Notes: a model not told the origin generated them from the sequence alone. DNA of 63,908 nucleotides, filler included, from Rozella allomycis CSF55 (GCA_000442015.1; 5 parts of 5 records of this genome joined end to end with filler, not necessarily neighbours in it); one strand, 5' to 3'. Shown: positions 26,272 to 39,060, counted from the first letter of the whole stretch. Translations and numbers: made by a program.

Positions 26272-27238
26272 ATGTCAACAAATCATGACAAGGACATTAT
26301 TAGTCAACTTGAAAAAGTATGCTTGGAAGAATTTCCTGTTCGGCCATTAGCTAAAAATGAGTAATTTTTTCTACAAAAATTGAAAACAGGAATTACCGAT
26401 TGCCTCCAGTGAGTCGATTATGGGAAAAGGACTATGCCATAGAACAGAAGAAAATCAATGAACCAGGTAAACAAGAAAAGAGGGAATACGGATTGGAAAA
26501 CATGAAAAAGATGGAAAAGATGAATAGCACAAATCTAGAATATATCCCTAATAATCTGAATAAGGAGAATTTAAAGACAGATTTACCAAAAACAGTGGTT
26601 CCGACTGTTGTAGAGTATGAAGTTGTTTTGAAAGAGTGTCTCAAAGGAACTCGCACCGTGAGATCTTGTGGGACAGGATATGAAGATCTGAAGGGTATAC
26701 AAGAGAGAACAAACAAAGTGATAAGAAGGGTTAAGGAAGAGGAAAAGAAGGAAAAAGAAATGAAGATTGAAATGATTGATGAATTGCTGAAAGGAAGGGA
26801 AGAAAAGAAAAAAGATGCTTTTGAAGTCTTAATGGAGAGATATGCCATAGACAGAGAAAAGAATGAGAATAATGGGATTGAGTTGGCGCTTGGACTGACA
26901 AATGATATAGAAAGAACATCCCCAAGATCAAATCTTGATTTGGAATCAAGTGGGGATAAAATTGCGTCCGTGTTAATTGATGATTGGATTAATGAAGTGA
27001 GCGATAAAGTTTTGGAGAATAAGTGTGATGCTATGAAATCAGAGATTTATTCTAGATTGTCGAGTTCAGTTGAATTTTCAGATTCAGAAATTGTTGACTA
27101 TCAAGTTATTCATGCACTGAGAAATTTAACGACTAAAAAAGATAAAATAATCAGCAAAAAAGAAAAGATTAATTTTCAAAGAAAAAACTTTATTGGAGCT
27201 AGCAAGACTATTCCAATATCTGTTAATCATTTTGTTGG
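26272..27238 (+). CDS. Hypothetical charged/coiled-coil protein, truncated by gap
   Basis: ATG at 26272, 29-nt GT-AG intron, then a long open frame running into the N-run. Confidence 0.55.
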
Positions 27239-27338
27239 NNNNNNNNNNNNNNNNNNNNNNNNNNNNNNNNNNNNNNNNNNNNTTAATTAATTAANNNNNN
27301 NNNNNNNNNNNNNNNNNNNNNNNNNNNNNNNNNNNNNN
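27239..27338. other. Artificial contig joiner (N-run + TTAATTAATTAA + N-run); others at ~2673-2772, ~7806-7905 and ~59021-59121
   Basis: Identical palindrome, with stops in all six frames, embedded in N-runs. Confidence 0.95.
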
Positions 27339-27512
27339 ATGTGTGATGGAATCAATACCCCTGTCAAAAGATCGATATCTGTGAAACCATATGGAGCAAA
27401 CTAGCAATAGTTAAAGAACTTATAAATGCCATCAGAAATGATTCGCTATGAAGTGTTAAATAATAGGCAAAAGTTGATAAAGTGAATTTGCTCCTCGTCT
27501 TCAACGGTTCAA

Positions 27513-27598
27513 CCGTCCATAGCTCAGTTGGTAGAGCGCGTGACTGTAGATGTCAAATAGTAATCATGATGTCCCTGGTTCAATTCCGGGTGGACGGA
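27513..27598 (+). tRNA. tRNA-Tyr(GTA) with ~13-nt intron
   Basis: CCGTCCA/TGGACGG acceptor stem; AGCTCAGTTGGTAGAGC D-arm; CT-GTA-G then intron ~27550-27562; GGTTCAATTCC. Confidence 0.92.
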
Positions 27599-28672
27599 TA
27601 CATTTTGAGGTTTCTTTTATTAGACTTNATTCCGGGTGGACGGATACATTTTGATGTTTCTTTTAGACTCATTGGTTCAATCGACCATCATCACTGCCAC
27701 TTTACAAATAGCGATCTTAACATCTTAATCTTTCTATAAACTTCAATATTCATTGTTATCAACTGAAATAAGACATTTTCAGAAACTTCAATATTCATTG
27801 TTGTCAATTGAAATGAGACATTTCTCGTTGATTGATTCTTAAGCCTACCAAAGGTTGTTATCTGGATCGAAGACTTAAGTCGACAGAGCGAATTTTGTCT
27901 CCAACATTGACTTAGTTACAGAAGCCCACCAAAAGTTGTTAATTGATCATTACTACCTTCTCATGAAAAATTATTAACCAAGAATATATAATACGATAAC
28001 TTTGATCGAGAAACAGAGGGTTGCTTGATTCAACAAAGCAAATGCTTTCTCCAACGTGTGTCGCAAACTCGGTGAGGACCATGCAATTGACGTAAGGTCA
28101 ATATTAACCAATATTAACCTCAATTGTGTTAATAGAGATTTCATCAGAAGTCTTTGTCAAAAGGAAATTGTTACAATTTTTCAAACGAGCATAATAATAA
28201 AAGTTAAAATACGTAATGAGTATAGCCGTAGGTTTTCACAGTTCAAAGCTCTTTACTTGCAGGTATTCGCCAATCGAACAAATGTTTTAAAAGAGAATAT
28301 AAAATTATTTGGGCAATTTAGTTTATAGTTTAATAAATGCAATGTTTAAGTACCTGAGCAAGATCAAGATGCCGCAACCCACACAAGAGACAAATAGTTC
28401 ACACTTCACTCTTTATAAATATAAAACCGTAATAGTAATTCTCATTACTACAATAAATTGCAATACAACACTTAAATATGCATTTGAATAATCTAAATAA
28501 ATTGACAACCCCATATGAATTATTACGCTAAGCTACGCTCAGAAATCTTGTATGGCCAGGGAATTGCAAAATGTTGTTTTCTTTACGATTAATTGAAACT
28601 GGTGTTTTTGAAGTAATCATTGAGCTCAAAAGAATATTTCTATTTATAGTTCCGCAAATTAGGAAACTTGCA

Positions 28673-29566
28673 ATGTTGATTGCACTAAATTTTTTATTCT
28701 TATTCGGTTTCATAAATGGCTACATAAACTCTGTCCGGCATGTGAAATGTTCTTATCCCTCACACCAAGAGGATAACGATTGTGTAGAGCTACTAGCAAA
28801 GGTAAATGTTAAGGTATTGTATCACAAATCCATTCCTTTTGCCATCGCCCAATATTGCCAAAGTAAAATTGAGATATCATTTAGAGGAAGTATGGATTTT
28901 GATGACTGGCTAGTCAATCTTAACTTTTCCCCAACAGCAAATCAAGAAACGATTATACCCGGAAATATAGCAGTGCATTCTGGTTTTTACAAAAAGGCAA
29001 TTGAAATACTTCCAATTTTATCCAATTATCTTGAAGATAACCTTGAAATTTTACAGTCACATGCAATCATCTTTGCTGGTCACTCTCAAGGTGGAGCTCT
29101 TGCTACTGTTACAGCTATGATATTGAATGATTTTTATAATTTTAAATCTGTCGTTGTTTACACTTTTGGATGTCCCAAGATATTCTTTTCACAAGTGGAT
29201 GAATTCTGGAAATATCGCATTTTTAGGTTTGTTCTTTCAGGGGATCCAATCGTGAATATGCCACCTTTGCTTCGTCACGCAGGAAAAGAAATATTAATGG
29301 AATCACCGGAAGGGAAGTTTAGCTCTTTAAAATTGTTGAATGGCGTGGGATCTTTAGGATCTACAATATCAAATGCGATCTCAACTTTTCAAAGTCCTAA
29401 GAAAATGGAAGCCTCAGAGATATTAAAAACGTGTCTTAATACATTAAAAGAAGCCTCTGAAAAATGTAGACCTGTCACAAATGCCATCAGATCGCATAGC
29501 ATTATAGCCTACGAAAAGGGTCTAGACCTTTTTAGAGATCAAATTGAAATTCAAATCAAACAATAA
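28673..29566 (+). CDS. Secreted class-3 lipase, copy 1 (intronless)
   Basis: Signal-like N-terminus; SFRGS, VHSGF, GHSQGG, YTFGCP, DPIV..PP and C-terminal His. Confidence 0.9.
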   Translation: MLIALNFLFLFGFINGYINSVRHVKCSYPSHQEDNDCVELLAKVNVKVLYHKSIPFAIAQYCQSKIEISFRGSMDFDDWLVNLNFSPTANQETIIPGNIAVHSGFYKKAIEILPILSNYLEDNLEILQSHAIIFAGHSQGGALATVTAMILNDFYNFKSVVVYTFGCPKIFFSQVDEFWKYRIFRFVLSGDPIVNMPPLLRHAGKEILMESPEGKFSSLKLLNGVGSLGSTISNAISTFQSPKKMEASEILKTCLNTLKEASEKCRPVTNAIRSHSIIAYEKGLDLFRDQIEIQIKQ

Positions 29567-29707
29567 ATATTGATACTAATCACTATCACCATTCAAACCA
29601 TAATCACTTATCACTTATTGATTTTTCTTTGCTGACTCATTTGATGGGCGTGACAAAGTCCCTGCATATTTTGGCAGGTAACATGCTTGTGGCTGGTGTG
29701 AAAAAAG

Positions 29708-30652
29708 ATGAAAATATTTTGTTTGGCACTTATTTCCGTACTTTCTATTGTCTCATGTGAATTACTTCAGAAGTCTCTACGAAAAGTCTTGTATGCCACA
29801 CCGAAATACACAAACACCCCGGAATGTCAACACTACGTCAAAGAAACCAGATCAAAGATACTGTATCATGAAAACAAAGCTTTCGGGATGGTCCAGTCAT
29901 TTGAAGAAATGATAGAGATTACATTTCGAGGAACATACGACCTTGATGATTGGAAGATCAATTTAAGAATGAAGGAAGCAATTGCAACTAATTTAACGAA
30001 TATAAAAGTACATAAAGGTTTTTTAGAGAAAAGCATGAAATTATTGCCAATAGTGAAAAAGGCCATAAGTGACACACCGGGGTCTTCGAACAAAAAGCTC
30101 TTACTTACTGGGCATTCACAAGGAGGAGCATTAGCCATTCTAATTGGCATGGCGCTTTACTTTGAAGACAAATCCTTGAATATGAAGATTGTGACATTTG
30201 GTTGCCCAAAAATATTTTACTCTGAAATCGACAAAATATTTAACGACAAGATAACGCGAATAGAAGCTCCCCTAGATCCTGTTCCATTACTTCCTCCTTT
30301 TCTTAACCATGCCGGTAAACGTGTTGTAATTGGAGAAACACCGAACCCTTACGTTTTCTACATTGTCAAATGGGCTTCATTGATTTCATTTAGTATCATT
30401 ACACAGATGCTTAATCTCAGCACCGTCTCTAGCATAACACCGTCAATTGTAAAAATTCTCATAGAATCGAACGAGATAGAAAGTCTAAAATCAGCAAATT
30501 CCTTCATAACTGAAATGAAAATCATTTATCCAACTGCATTATACATTATTGTGTTTTTTGCCTACTCCTTAATACAATTGCTAAAAGCACATCAGACTCG
30601 ACGATACATGGCCGAATTACAGAATTCTCCGAACTTGAACATTAAATATTAA
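29708..30652 (+). CDS. Secreted class-3 lipase, copy 2 (intronless)
   Basis: Signal peptide; TFRGT, VHKGF, GHSQGG, TFGCP and DPVPLLPP. Confidence 0.9.
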   Translation: MKIFCLALISVLSIVSCELLQKSLRKVLYATPKYTNTPECQHYVKETRSKILYHENKAFGMVQSFEEMIEITFRGTYDLDDWKINLRMKEAIATNLTNIKVHKGFLEKSMKLLPIVKKAISDTPGSSNKKLLLTGHSQGGALAILIGMALYFEDKSLNMKIVTFGCPKIFYSEIDKIFNDKITRIEAPLDPVPLLPPFLNHAGKRVVIGETPNPYVFYIVKWASLISFSIITQMLNLSTVSSITPSIVKILIESNEIESLKSANSFITEMKIIYPTALYIIVFFAYSLIQLLKAHQTRRYMAELQNSPNLNIKY

Positions 30653-30722
30653 TAAATTGTTGTTAATATTGAATTAAATGCCTTTTTGAATACATTGCCT
30701 TTCCTTTTAGCTAGAGCATTTG

Positions 30723-31700
30723 ATGCTTCGCCACAAATACAATTTAACAATGTCCGTTGCCTTTTTCAAAAGTAGAATGCTTAATACATTGGGTCCAATA
30801 ATATCGAAGAACACGGGAATGACCAAATTGGGAAACATTGAGCAAGTTACAGGCGAAAGTGTTAAAAAGGTAACATGGTTAACTGATTCTGAAAGAAACT
30901 CGACATACCGCATATACCCTCAATTCGAGCCATTCGTGAAGGTAAAATTAACTTGGAAGAATACGTTGAAAATGTCCCGCATGATTTGTCATACCTTGAA
31001 AAGATCGAGCACGAAAAACCCTACAATGTCAAATATCCAAAGCTTCAGCCAAGCGATACAGTATTCTGTATTGACTTGAATGAATTGAAATCCAAGCAGC
31101 AGCTACTTGAGGAATCAGTTGAGACCTATAAACCGGTGCCTCCACCGCCGTAAGTTATGTTTAAAGATTTCAATAGTCGGCTAGAAAAGGAAAAGGTTCC
31201 AGAAGTTTTTAAACAAGTCATATCTGAGATTTTACCTGACAAATGTAGTTTAGATTTTAAACAAGTCAAGTTTCGTGATTTGAAATTGGAAGAGAGGTCA
31301 AAAGTAAGTCGCATACTCTTAATCAATCTAGATCTTAATTGAATGCCAGAAAAGAACAAATATATATTTTCCAGACTCTGCTCTTAATAGCATTCAAACT
31401 CTATATGACGTGCAAGCTCATCTTGAATTTGAGGAACCTCCTGAGCCTACACATGGAAATCCATTGGATGAATTGTTTAGGGGCCAAATCCTTCCTCCAA
31501 ATGTGAAAGTGAATTTGTGGGCAGGTTACCGCACCGTTGTTGACGCGCGATATGTCTTCCCCACATTGAGATCTGAATTTGTTGCTGGTTCAAATGTTAA
31601 ATATGCTCAACCGAAGAATGTTTTACCAAAGGAGCCTAAAAAATATAAACAACATCAAATACATCAGAAGCCGCTCCTTGAAAGTGCCGAAGTAATTTAA
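30723..31700 (+). CDS. Probable mitochondrial ribosomal protein mL50-like; 3 introns
   Basis: Introns of 26, 27 and 28 nt join the ORFs; ILIECQKRTNIYFPDSALNSIQTLYDV..LPPNVKV resembles Ribosomal_L50; start uncertain. Confidence 0.55.
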
Positions 31701-31916
31701 TAAAGGTCTAAGAAATGACACCTCATTTCAGTTTTTCTTAACTTCATAAAGGCTTGATCTTACATTTAAAATGTCAATTTTTCTTTTAACAATCGCAAAT
31801 GAATTTCATCTAATCAAAATGAATTAGATTCATCAAGTTCATCAGATGCCGATCATTTCATTGCACGAGATTTCAAAAATACAAAAAATNCGAGATTGCA
31901 AAAATACAAAAAATGT

Positions 31917-32542
31917 CTATTTATTTGAATGTTTTTTGATAAGCTTTAGCCATTGATATATACTTACATTCGCGTTATACGCCCTGGTATTTTTCGCTCT
32001 CACTTTATGAATCTGATTAATATATTCTTCGCTCGCAAACATCTGTTTCTATGATAAATCATTACAAGCATTTTTACAATAATTATTTCCTTCAAATCCA
32101 TATCCTGCTGGCTATTAGCATTTCCCAGTTTTTCCAAAATCCCCTGATAATATTTTACACGCTCCTGTTCCTCTTCGACCAAGATCATGAGCCTCGCATT
32201 AATACTTTTGAGATGGTCCGCTCTCAAAGCTCTCTTCACAAACGGTTTATCAATCGCCTTTCCGAGCTGATTCGGCACTATGAGCAAATCTGTCAGACTA
32301 AATGCATGTGAATTACCTTCAATACTGGCGGGCAGATGCTCAAACGAGTCGCCAAGGGGCCCGAACCGTGGGTGATACGCACCGCCGATTTTAGATCGAA
32401 GAACGAAAATTGGAAAAAATCGCTCGATTGCCTGTATGGGAGAAAAATAATGGTTACTGATTCGTCCTTGGAGTATGGCCGCAGATGTGGGATAATCTTT
32501 TTGTTGCGGTTCATTTTTGGACAGGGGTGGCCTGGCTACCAA
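31917..32542 (-). CDS. Hypothetical protein (start not resolved); one 29-nt intron
   Basis: 180-aa open frame continued after a GT-AG intron. Confidence 0.5.
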
Positions 32543-32774
32543 AGTTATTTGTACAGGAATTAATAGCTAGACTGCCTAGAGCTTTGATTATTGAATTATT
32601 GAGAATATAGTTTTTAATTTATATTGAGAGAAACTAAAGATTTCAAGTTAAGAAAATAAAAATCCATATTTTCTATTGAACGTTTAATAACCCGTTTACA
32701 ACATTATTTTATTTCCAATGTTCCATTTTATTACTTCCTGCTGTCTTTCCCAATCTTTTCAGGATAACCGGGGT

Positions 32775-35700
32775 ATGTCACTTTTTGAGCAAGAAGAAGA
32801 CGCATTTTCCGCGTTCCAAGTGAGTTCAACCGACTACGTGGCACCAGTTCCACTTAAGCGCGGCACTGACGAAGAGATCTATCCGTTTCCCAAGAGCGCG
32901 CGCCTGTCTAAAGCGACGCAGGTGATGGATGAGTTTTCGACGCGGGTAATTTACTGTATAATGCTTCAATATAGGTAAAATAATTTTTTCATAATTATCT
33001 AGGTAAAATAATGTGGGAGAGATGAGCAGGTTGAGCGGGAGGTGCAAGAGGGCGAGAAAAAGTCTCAGATCACGCATAGTGTGCGCCACGAGGTAGCGAT
33101 ACCTGAGGGGTTTGAGTATGTGCCTTTGAGTGAGCATGAGAGTCCGAGTGAGCCTTTTCGGAGGTATCCGTTTACGCTTGATCCGTTCCAGCAGTGTAGT
33201 GTGAGTTGTATTGAGAGGAACGAGAGTGTGTTGGTGAGTGCGCATACATCAGGTAAGGGAGATTGAGTTTTTTGAGGAGGTATTTAATGGGGATGGTGGT
33301 AATGATAGCTGGAAAGACAGTGATTGCCGAGTATGCGATTGCGATGGCGCTGAAGAAGAAGCAGCGGGTGATATATACGAGTCCGATCAAGGCTCTTAGT
33401 AACCAAAAGTACCGCGAGTTCCATCATGAGTTTGGCGATGTTGGGTTGATGACTGGAGAAGTTACGATTAACCCAACTGCGTCGTGTTTGGTGATGACGA
33501 CGGAGGTAAGAAAATAGAAAACAAGAGATAGATTTTGAGGAGTATGTTGTATAGGGGCAGTGAGGTGATGCGAGAAGTCGGATGGGTTGTGTTTGACGAG
33601 GTGCATTATATGAGAGACAAGGAGCGAGGAGTTGTTTGGGAGGAGACTCTTATCCTGTTGCCTGACCAGGTGCGGTATGTGTTCTTGTCGGCGACGATTC
33701 CGAATGCCAAGCAGTTTGCCGAGTGGATCTGTTGTGTGCACCACCAGCCGTGTCATGTGGTGTATACAGATTATAGGCCGACGCCGTTGCAGCATTATTT
33801 GTTTCCTGCTGGTGGCGATGGGATCCATTTGGCTGTAGATGAGAAGGGTGTGTTTCGGGAGGATAATTTTGTGAAAGCGTTGAGTGTGTTGGGCGATGAT
33901 ACGGTGTTGGGAGGCAAGAAGAAAAGGAAGCCTACAAAGAATGGTAAAGAGAGTGATTGAAGAGTATAGGGCCTTCTGATTTGTTTAAGATTGTGAAGAT
34001 GATAATGATGAAGAACTACCAGCCCGTTATAGTGTTTAGTTTTTCGAAAAAGGAGTGTGAGGCGAATGCGACGCAGATGTCAAAGTTGGATTTTAATGGT
34101 GAGGAGGAGAGGATGATGGTTGGCAAGATATTTAATAATGCGATGGAGGCGTTGAGTGAGGATGATAGACAGTTGGCTCAGATTGAGAATATATTACCGT
34201 TTCTGAAGAGGGGGATTGGTATCCATCATTCAGGTGAGAGAGTATGTAAAGAAAGAAAGGATTGTTACCGATATTGAAGGAGGTGATAGAGTTGTTGTTT
34301 CAGGAGGGGTTGTTGAAGGTTTTGTTTGCGACTGAGACGTTTTCGATTGGACTGAATATGCCAGCAAAGACTGTAGTGTTTACTAATTCGAGAAAGTTTG
34401 ATGGAAGGGATTTTAGATGGATTAGCAGTGGAGAGTATATCCAGATGAGTGGGAGAGCTGGAAGGAGAGGGTTGGATGATAGAGGGATTGTTATATTGAT
34501 GTTGGATGAGAAGATGGAGCCAACAGTAGCCAAGAACATGATAAAGGTAATAGCATGTAGTTGTAGTGAAGACTAGGTAAGCAAGTAGTTCTAGTGAAGA
34601 CTAGGTATTGAATTTAAATCAAATATAATAAAAGGGACAAGCTGATGCATTGAATAGTGCTTTCCATTTGAGTTANCAAGCTGATGCATTGAATAGTGCA
34701 TTCCATTTGAGTTATAATATGATATTGAATTTGATTAGAGTTGAAGTAATAGATGATTGAATGTTTGATGAAGGGGATGTCACCAGAAGATATTTTAGAG
34801 AAATCATTTTATCAATTCCAGAACAATGATTCATTGCCAAATTTGGAGAATCAGTTGAATGAGTTGATTGAAAGAAGAAAAGGATTGAAGATTGAACAAG
34901 AAGAAACAATTTCTGAATATTATGAAATAAAACAAGTAAAAGAGATTTAATATTGTAATGAAGCAATTGGAGGTGTTGAAGAAGGATTTTAAGATGATAA
35001 TTCATCATCCCACGAATATTTTACCATTTTTGCAAGTTGGCAGATTGGTTAAAATAAAGCATGAAAATGATGATTTTGGATGGGGATGTTTGGTTAATTT
35101 TATTAGAAAGAAAAAGATTGAAAAAGACAAGGGTAATCTATTACAAGTATGATGATAGAAACAAGTGAGATTTATATAATAGAAGTCTTGTTGAATTGTC
35201 AAAAGAATTCAGCTATTCCAAAGCCTTGTTTAAATGATAAAGGAGAGATGATTGTTGTTCCAGTTGTTTTGGAGAGTTTAGATGCTGTTTCTAAAGCGAG
35301 AGTTTATTTGCCAAAAGATTTAAAGAGTTATGAGAATAGGCAATCAATGTACAAGACAATTGAGCAAGTTAAAAAGAGACTAGGTAAGGAAGTGGGGGTT
35401 GTGTTTAACGTAGGTAAGAAGAAGTTAGTATAGTTAAACTAGGTAATCTATTTCTTCTCTAACATTATTATAGGTAATTCATTCTACTTTCACCTCGATG
35501 TAAGGGACTATTCCATTGTTGGATCCAGTAAAGGATATGAATATTCAAGATGAAAATTTAAAAAAATTAATAAAAAAGATGAACACGTTGGAAATTAAAT
35601 TGGAAGAAAACAAACTCTTCAATTCTCCAAATCTTTCTTCAATTTATAATTCATTTGAAGAAAAAGTTAATTTAGAAAATGAAATCAAATTAATCAAAAA

Positions 35701-36552
35701 TTTAATCAAACAAACAACGTGTATTCTTCACATGGATGAACTAAAATGCAGAAAGAGAGTTTTAAGAAGATTAGAATTCACAAGTCCATCTGATGTCATT
35801 GAAATCAAAGGTAACAGAAGTTTTGAAGGTTTCAACTTAGGTAACAGAGGTTTAAAGTTTCAACTTAGGTAACAGAGGTTGAAATAGTTAACCTCTAGGT
35901 ACCAATCATTTCAACTCATAAATTCTAGGTACAAATCATTTCAACTCTTAAATTCTAGGTACAAATCATTTCCTCTCATAAATTCTAGGTAGAGTAGCGT
36001 GCGAAATTAGCTCCGGTGATGAACTTTTATTAACTGAATTGATCTTCAACGGCGCCTTCAATGATCTCACTGTAGATCAAATAAACGCTCTCCTCTCTTG
36101 TTTTGTCTTTCAAGAAAAATCTGAAGACAATTCAAAACTAAAATCTGAATTAGCAAAACCTCTTAAACTATTACACGACACTGCCAGAAAAATAGCCCAA
36201 GTTTCAAAGGAATCAAAATTAAACATCAATGAAGAAGACTATGTTAATTCTTTCAGACCTGAATTAATGGATGTTGTTTACGCTTGGTCTCAAGTAGATG
36301 TTTCAATTTGAAATTATTTAGGGTGCAAAGTTTTCGCAGATTTGTAAAATGACTGATGTGTTTGAAGGATCTATCATTAGATGCGTTAGAAGATTGGAAG
36401 AATTGTTGAGACAAATGACTATGGCTGCTAAATCTATCGGTAACACTGAACTAGAAAATAAGTTTGCTCAAGGTATTCAATAATTGTTTCTTTCAATAGG
36501 TATCAACAAGATTAAACGTGACATTGTTTTCACCAACTCTCTCTATCTATAA
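32775..36552 (+). CDS. MTR4: Ski2-like nuclear exosome RNA helicase Mtr4; 13 introns, 5 of them composite
   Basis: [84 protein letters not shown] and C-terminal IKRDIVF..SLYL. Confidence 0.97.
32946..33029 (+). other. Composite intron of 3 GT-AG units (29+28+27 nt)
   Basis: 32946-32974, 32975-33002, 33003-33029; removing all three gives DEFSTR-VEREVQE. Confidence 0.85.
33253..33308 (+). other. Composite intron of 2 units (27+29 nt)
   Basis: 33253-33279, 33280-33308; removal restores Walker A SAHTSAGKT. Confidence 0.85.
34547..34634 (+). other. Composite intron of 3 units (30+28+30 nt)
   Basis: 34547-34576, 34577-34604, 34605-34634; restores [13 protein letters not shown]. Confidence 0.88.
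35384..35504 (+). other. Composite intron of 4 units (30+29+31+31 nt)
   Basis: 35384-35413, 35414-35442, 35443-35473, 35474-35504; restores [13 protein letters not shown]. Confidence 0.88.
35811..35988 (+). other. Composite intron of 6 units (30+28+30+30+30+30 nt)
   Basis: Units start at 35811, 35841, 35869, 35899, 35929 and 35959; restores [11 protein letters not shown]. Confidence 0.9.
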
Positions 36553-36686
36553 ATTAAGTAGTTTTAAGTATAATTAAAGAGTTTTAGCGTAATTCTGAGA
36601 ATAGTTTAAACTCTTTTTGAAATAGTTTACCCACTTCCCTTTAAAACCCACATTCTGTTGTACACAAAAATTAAAAAACTTTATTT

Positions 36687-37740
<1,054 letters not shown>

Positions 37741-38160
37741 GGAAAGGTAAACAAACCGGGGCGATATATTAAATTAAGGCGAAATTTCAGGAAATTAAAT
37801 TAATTTCGAGAATGAAATTTCCGGGTTGTTTGTGGGGATTGTTGAGGAGTGGTGGGAATATAATTTATTTGGTGGTGATGGGATGGGGTCGCTGAGTTGG
37901 AATGTTTATATTTGGTGAAAAAAATATTTCAATAATAATAATAATAAAGAGATGAAAACAATGTGTCTTAAAAGTAAAGAATAAACAACAAACAAAATAA
38001 CAAATGGTTTATGTCTAATAAATGAGATAGGGTGTTCATTAATTCTACAATTCGTTGGCAAAATTAAGTCTTATGAATTAATCAATTAATGTTATGTGTG
38101 ATTTCATTGGTGTCAAAAGATTGAAATATTGACAAAGGAAGCCACCTAATTAGTATCTTT

Positions 38161-39060
38161 ATGCTGAAAGGTTTTTCAAAACCAGCATTCGCACTCCTTT
38201 CACTATCATTGATGTTTGTCTATCTCATTAAGGTTAATCGCAATGTGAAAAGTGAACTTGATGAACTAAAAACTCATTATGAAATGTTACAAATTGAATT
38301 GAAACAGACACAATCGTTGAAAGTGATAGAATCGAACCATGTAAATGTGACAAGCATACCAAGACTTTACAAAAAGGAAAGAATTCATAATAGACGAAAG
38401 AATTATCAAACACAGCAAGATTCCATTAGAGTGTTTTCCTCATGCACAAAAAATGGCGTCATAGCAATTACAATAGATGATGGTCCTGGAGTCTCTACTA
38501 GTCGTATCCTTGATGTTTTTAAGAAATACAACTCCAAAGCAACATTTTTCTTTGTCGGAGTCAATTTTGAAAAGTACGGAAATATAATTAAACCTGCATT
38601 TGATGAAGGTCACTTGATTGCCTCTCACACTTGGAGTCACATAGACTTTTCTGAATCAACAGATGATAAAATAAAAGAAGAAATTGGTAAGAATAATAAT
38701 GGCTTTAGAAACCTCATCCGTGCAGTTCCTAGATATATTAGACCACCATACGGCACATTTACTCACAATGCTGGTAGAATTTTAAAAGAAATGGGTTTCG
38801 AGGCAGCCGTTCGTTGGGATTACGATACTAGAGATTGGGATACTAATCAATCATCAAATGTTGTGTCTTCATTTCAGAGGATTTTTGACAGCAAGCCTGA
38901 AAACTCCTCGTTTCTTGTTTTAATGCACGATATGGAACATTCAGCCGAAGCTTTAAGTTTAATAGTACCCAAATTAGTTGAAAAAGGATATAAACTGGTG
39001 AGAGTTGACGAGTGTTTGGGGATCCCCGAGTCCAGAGCGTATAAATACGAAGAATTATAG
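38161..39060 (+). CDS. Polysaccharide (chitin) deacetylase, CE4/NodB, with N-terminal signal anchor and coiled coil
   Basis: Motifs TIDDGP, HTWSH, RPPYG, DTRDW and LMHD all present; intronless. Confidence 0.92.
   Translation: MLKGFSKPAFALLSLSLMFVYLIKVNRNVKSELDELKTHYEMLQIELKQTQSLKVIESNHVNVTSIPRLYKKERIHNRRKNYQTQQDSIRVFSSCTKNGVIAITIDDGPGVSTSRILDVFKKYNSKATFFFVGVNFEKYGNIIKPAFDEGHLIASHTWSHIDFSESTDDKIKEEIGKNNNGFRNLIRAVPRYIRPPYGTFTHNAGRILKEMGFEAAVRWDYDTRDWDTNQSSNVVSSFQRIFDSKPENSSFLVLMHDMEHSAEALSLIVPKLVEKGYKLVRVDECLGIPESRAYKYEEL

Noticed and set aside
27630-27648. Second partial tRNA-Tyr copy
   Set aside because: Only the 3' end, immediately after an n-joint; assembly overlap
27735-28330. 45-bp tandem repeat and short ORFs, possibly a decayed LRR gene
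   Set aside because: No intact frame or diagnostic motif I can support
32975-33002. Middle units of stacked introns as microexons
   Set aside because: Those checked are 28 nt (frameshifting) and/or contain in-frame stops (GTA AAA TAA), and conserved protein motifs are restored only when all units are removed
33424-33828. Long antisense ORFs (also 32826-33245, 36828-37433, 11956-12366, 22891-23304)
   Set aside because: Shadows of real genes on the opposite strand caused by biased codon composition; no recognisable motifs
35811-35988. CRISPR-like array of ~30-nt repeats
   Set aside because: Eukaryotic context, no unique spacers and no cas genes; the repeats are abutting GT-AG intron units inside MTR4
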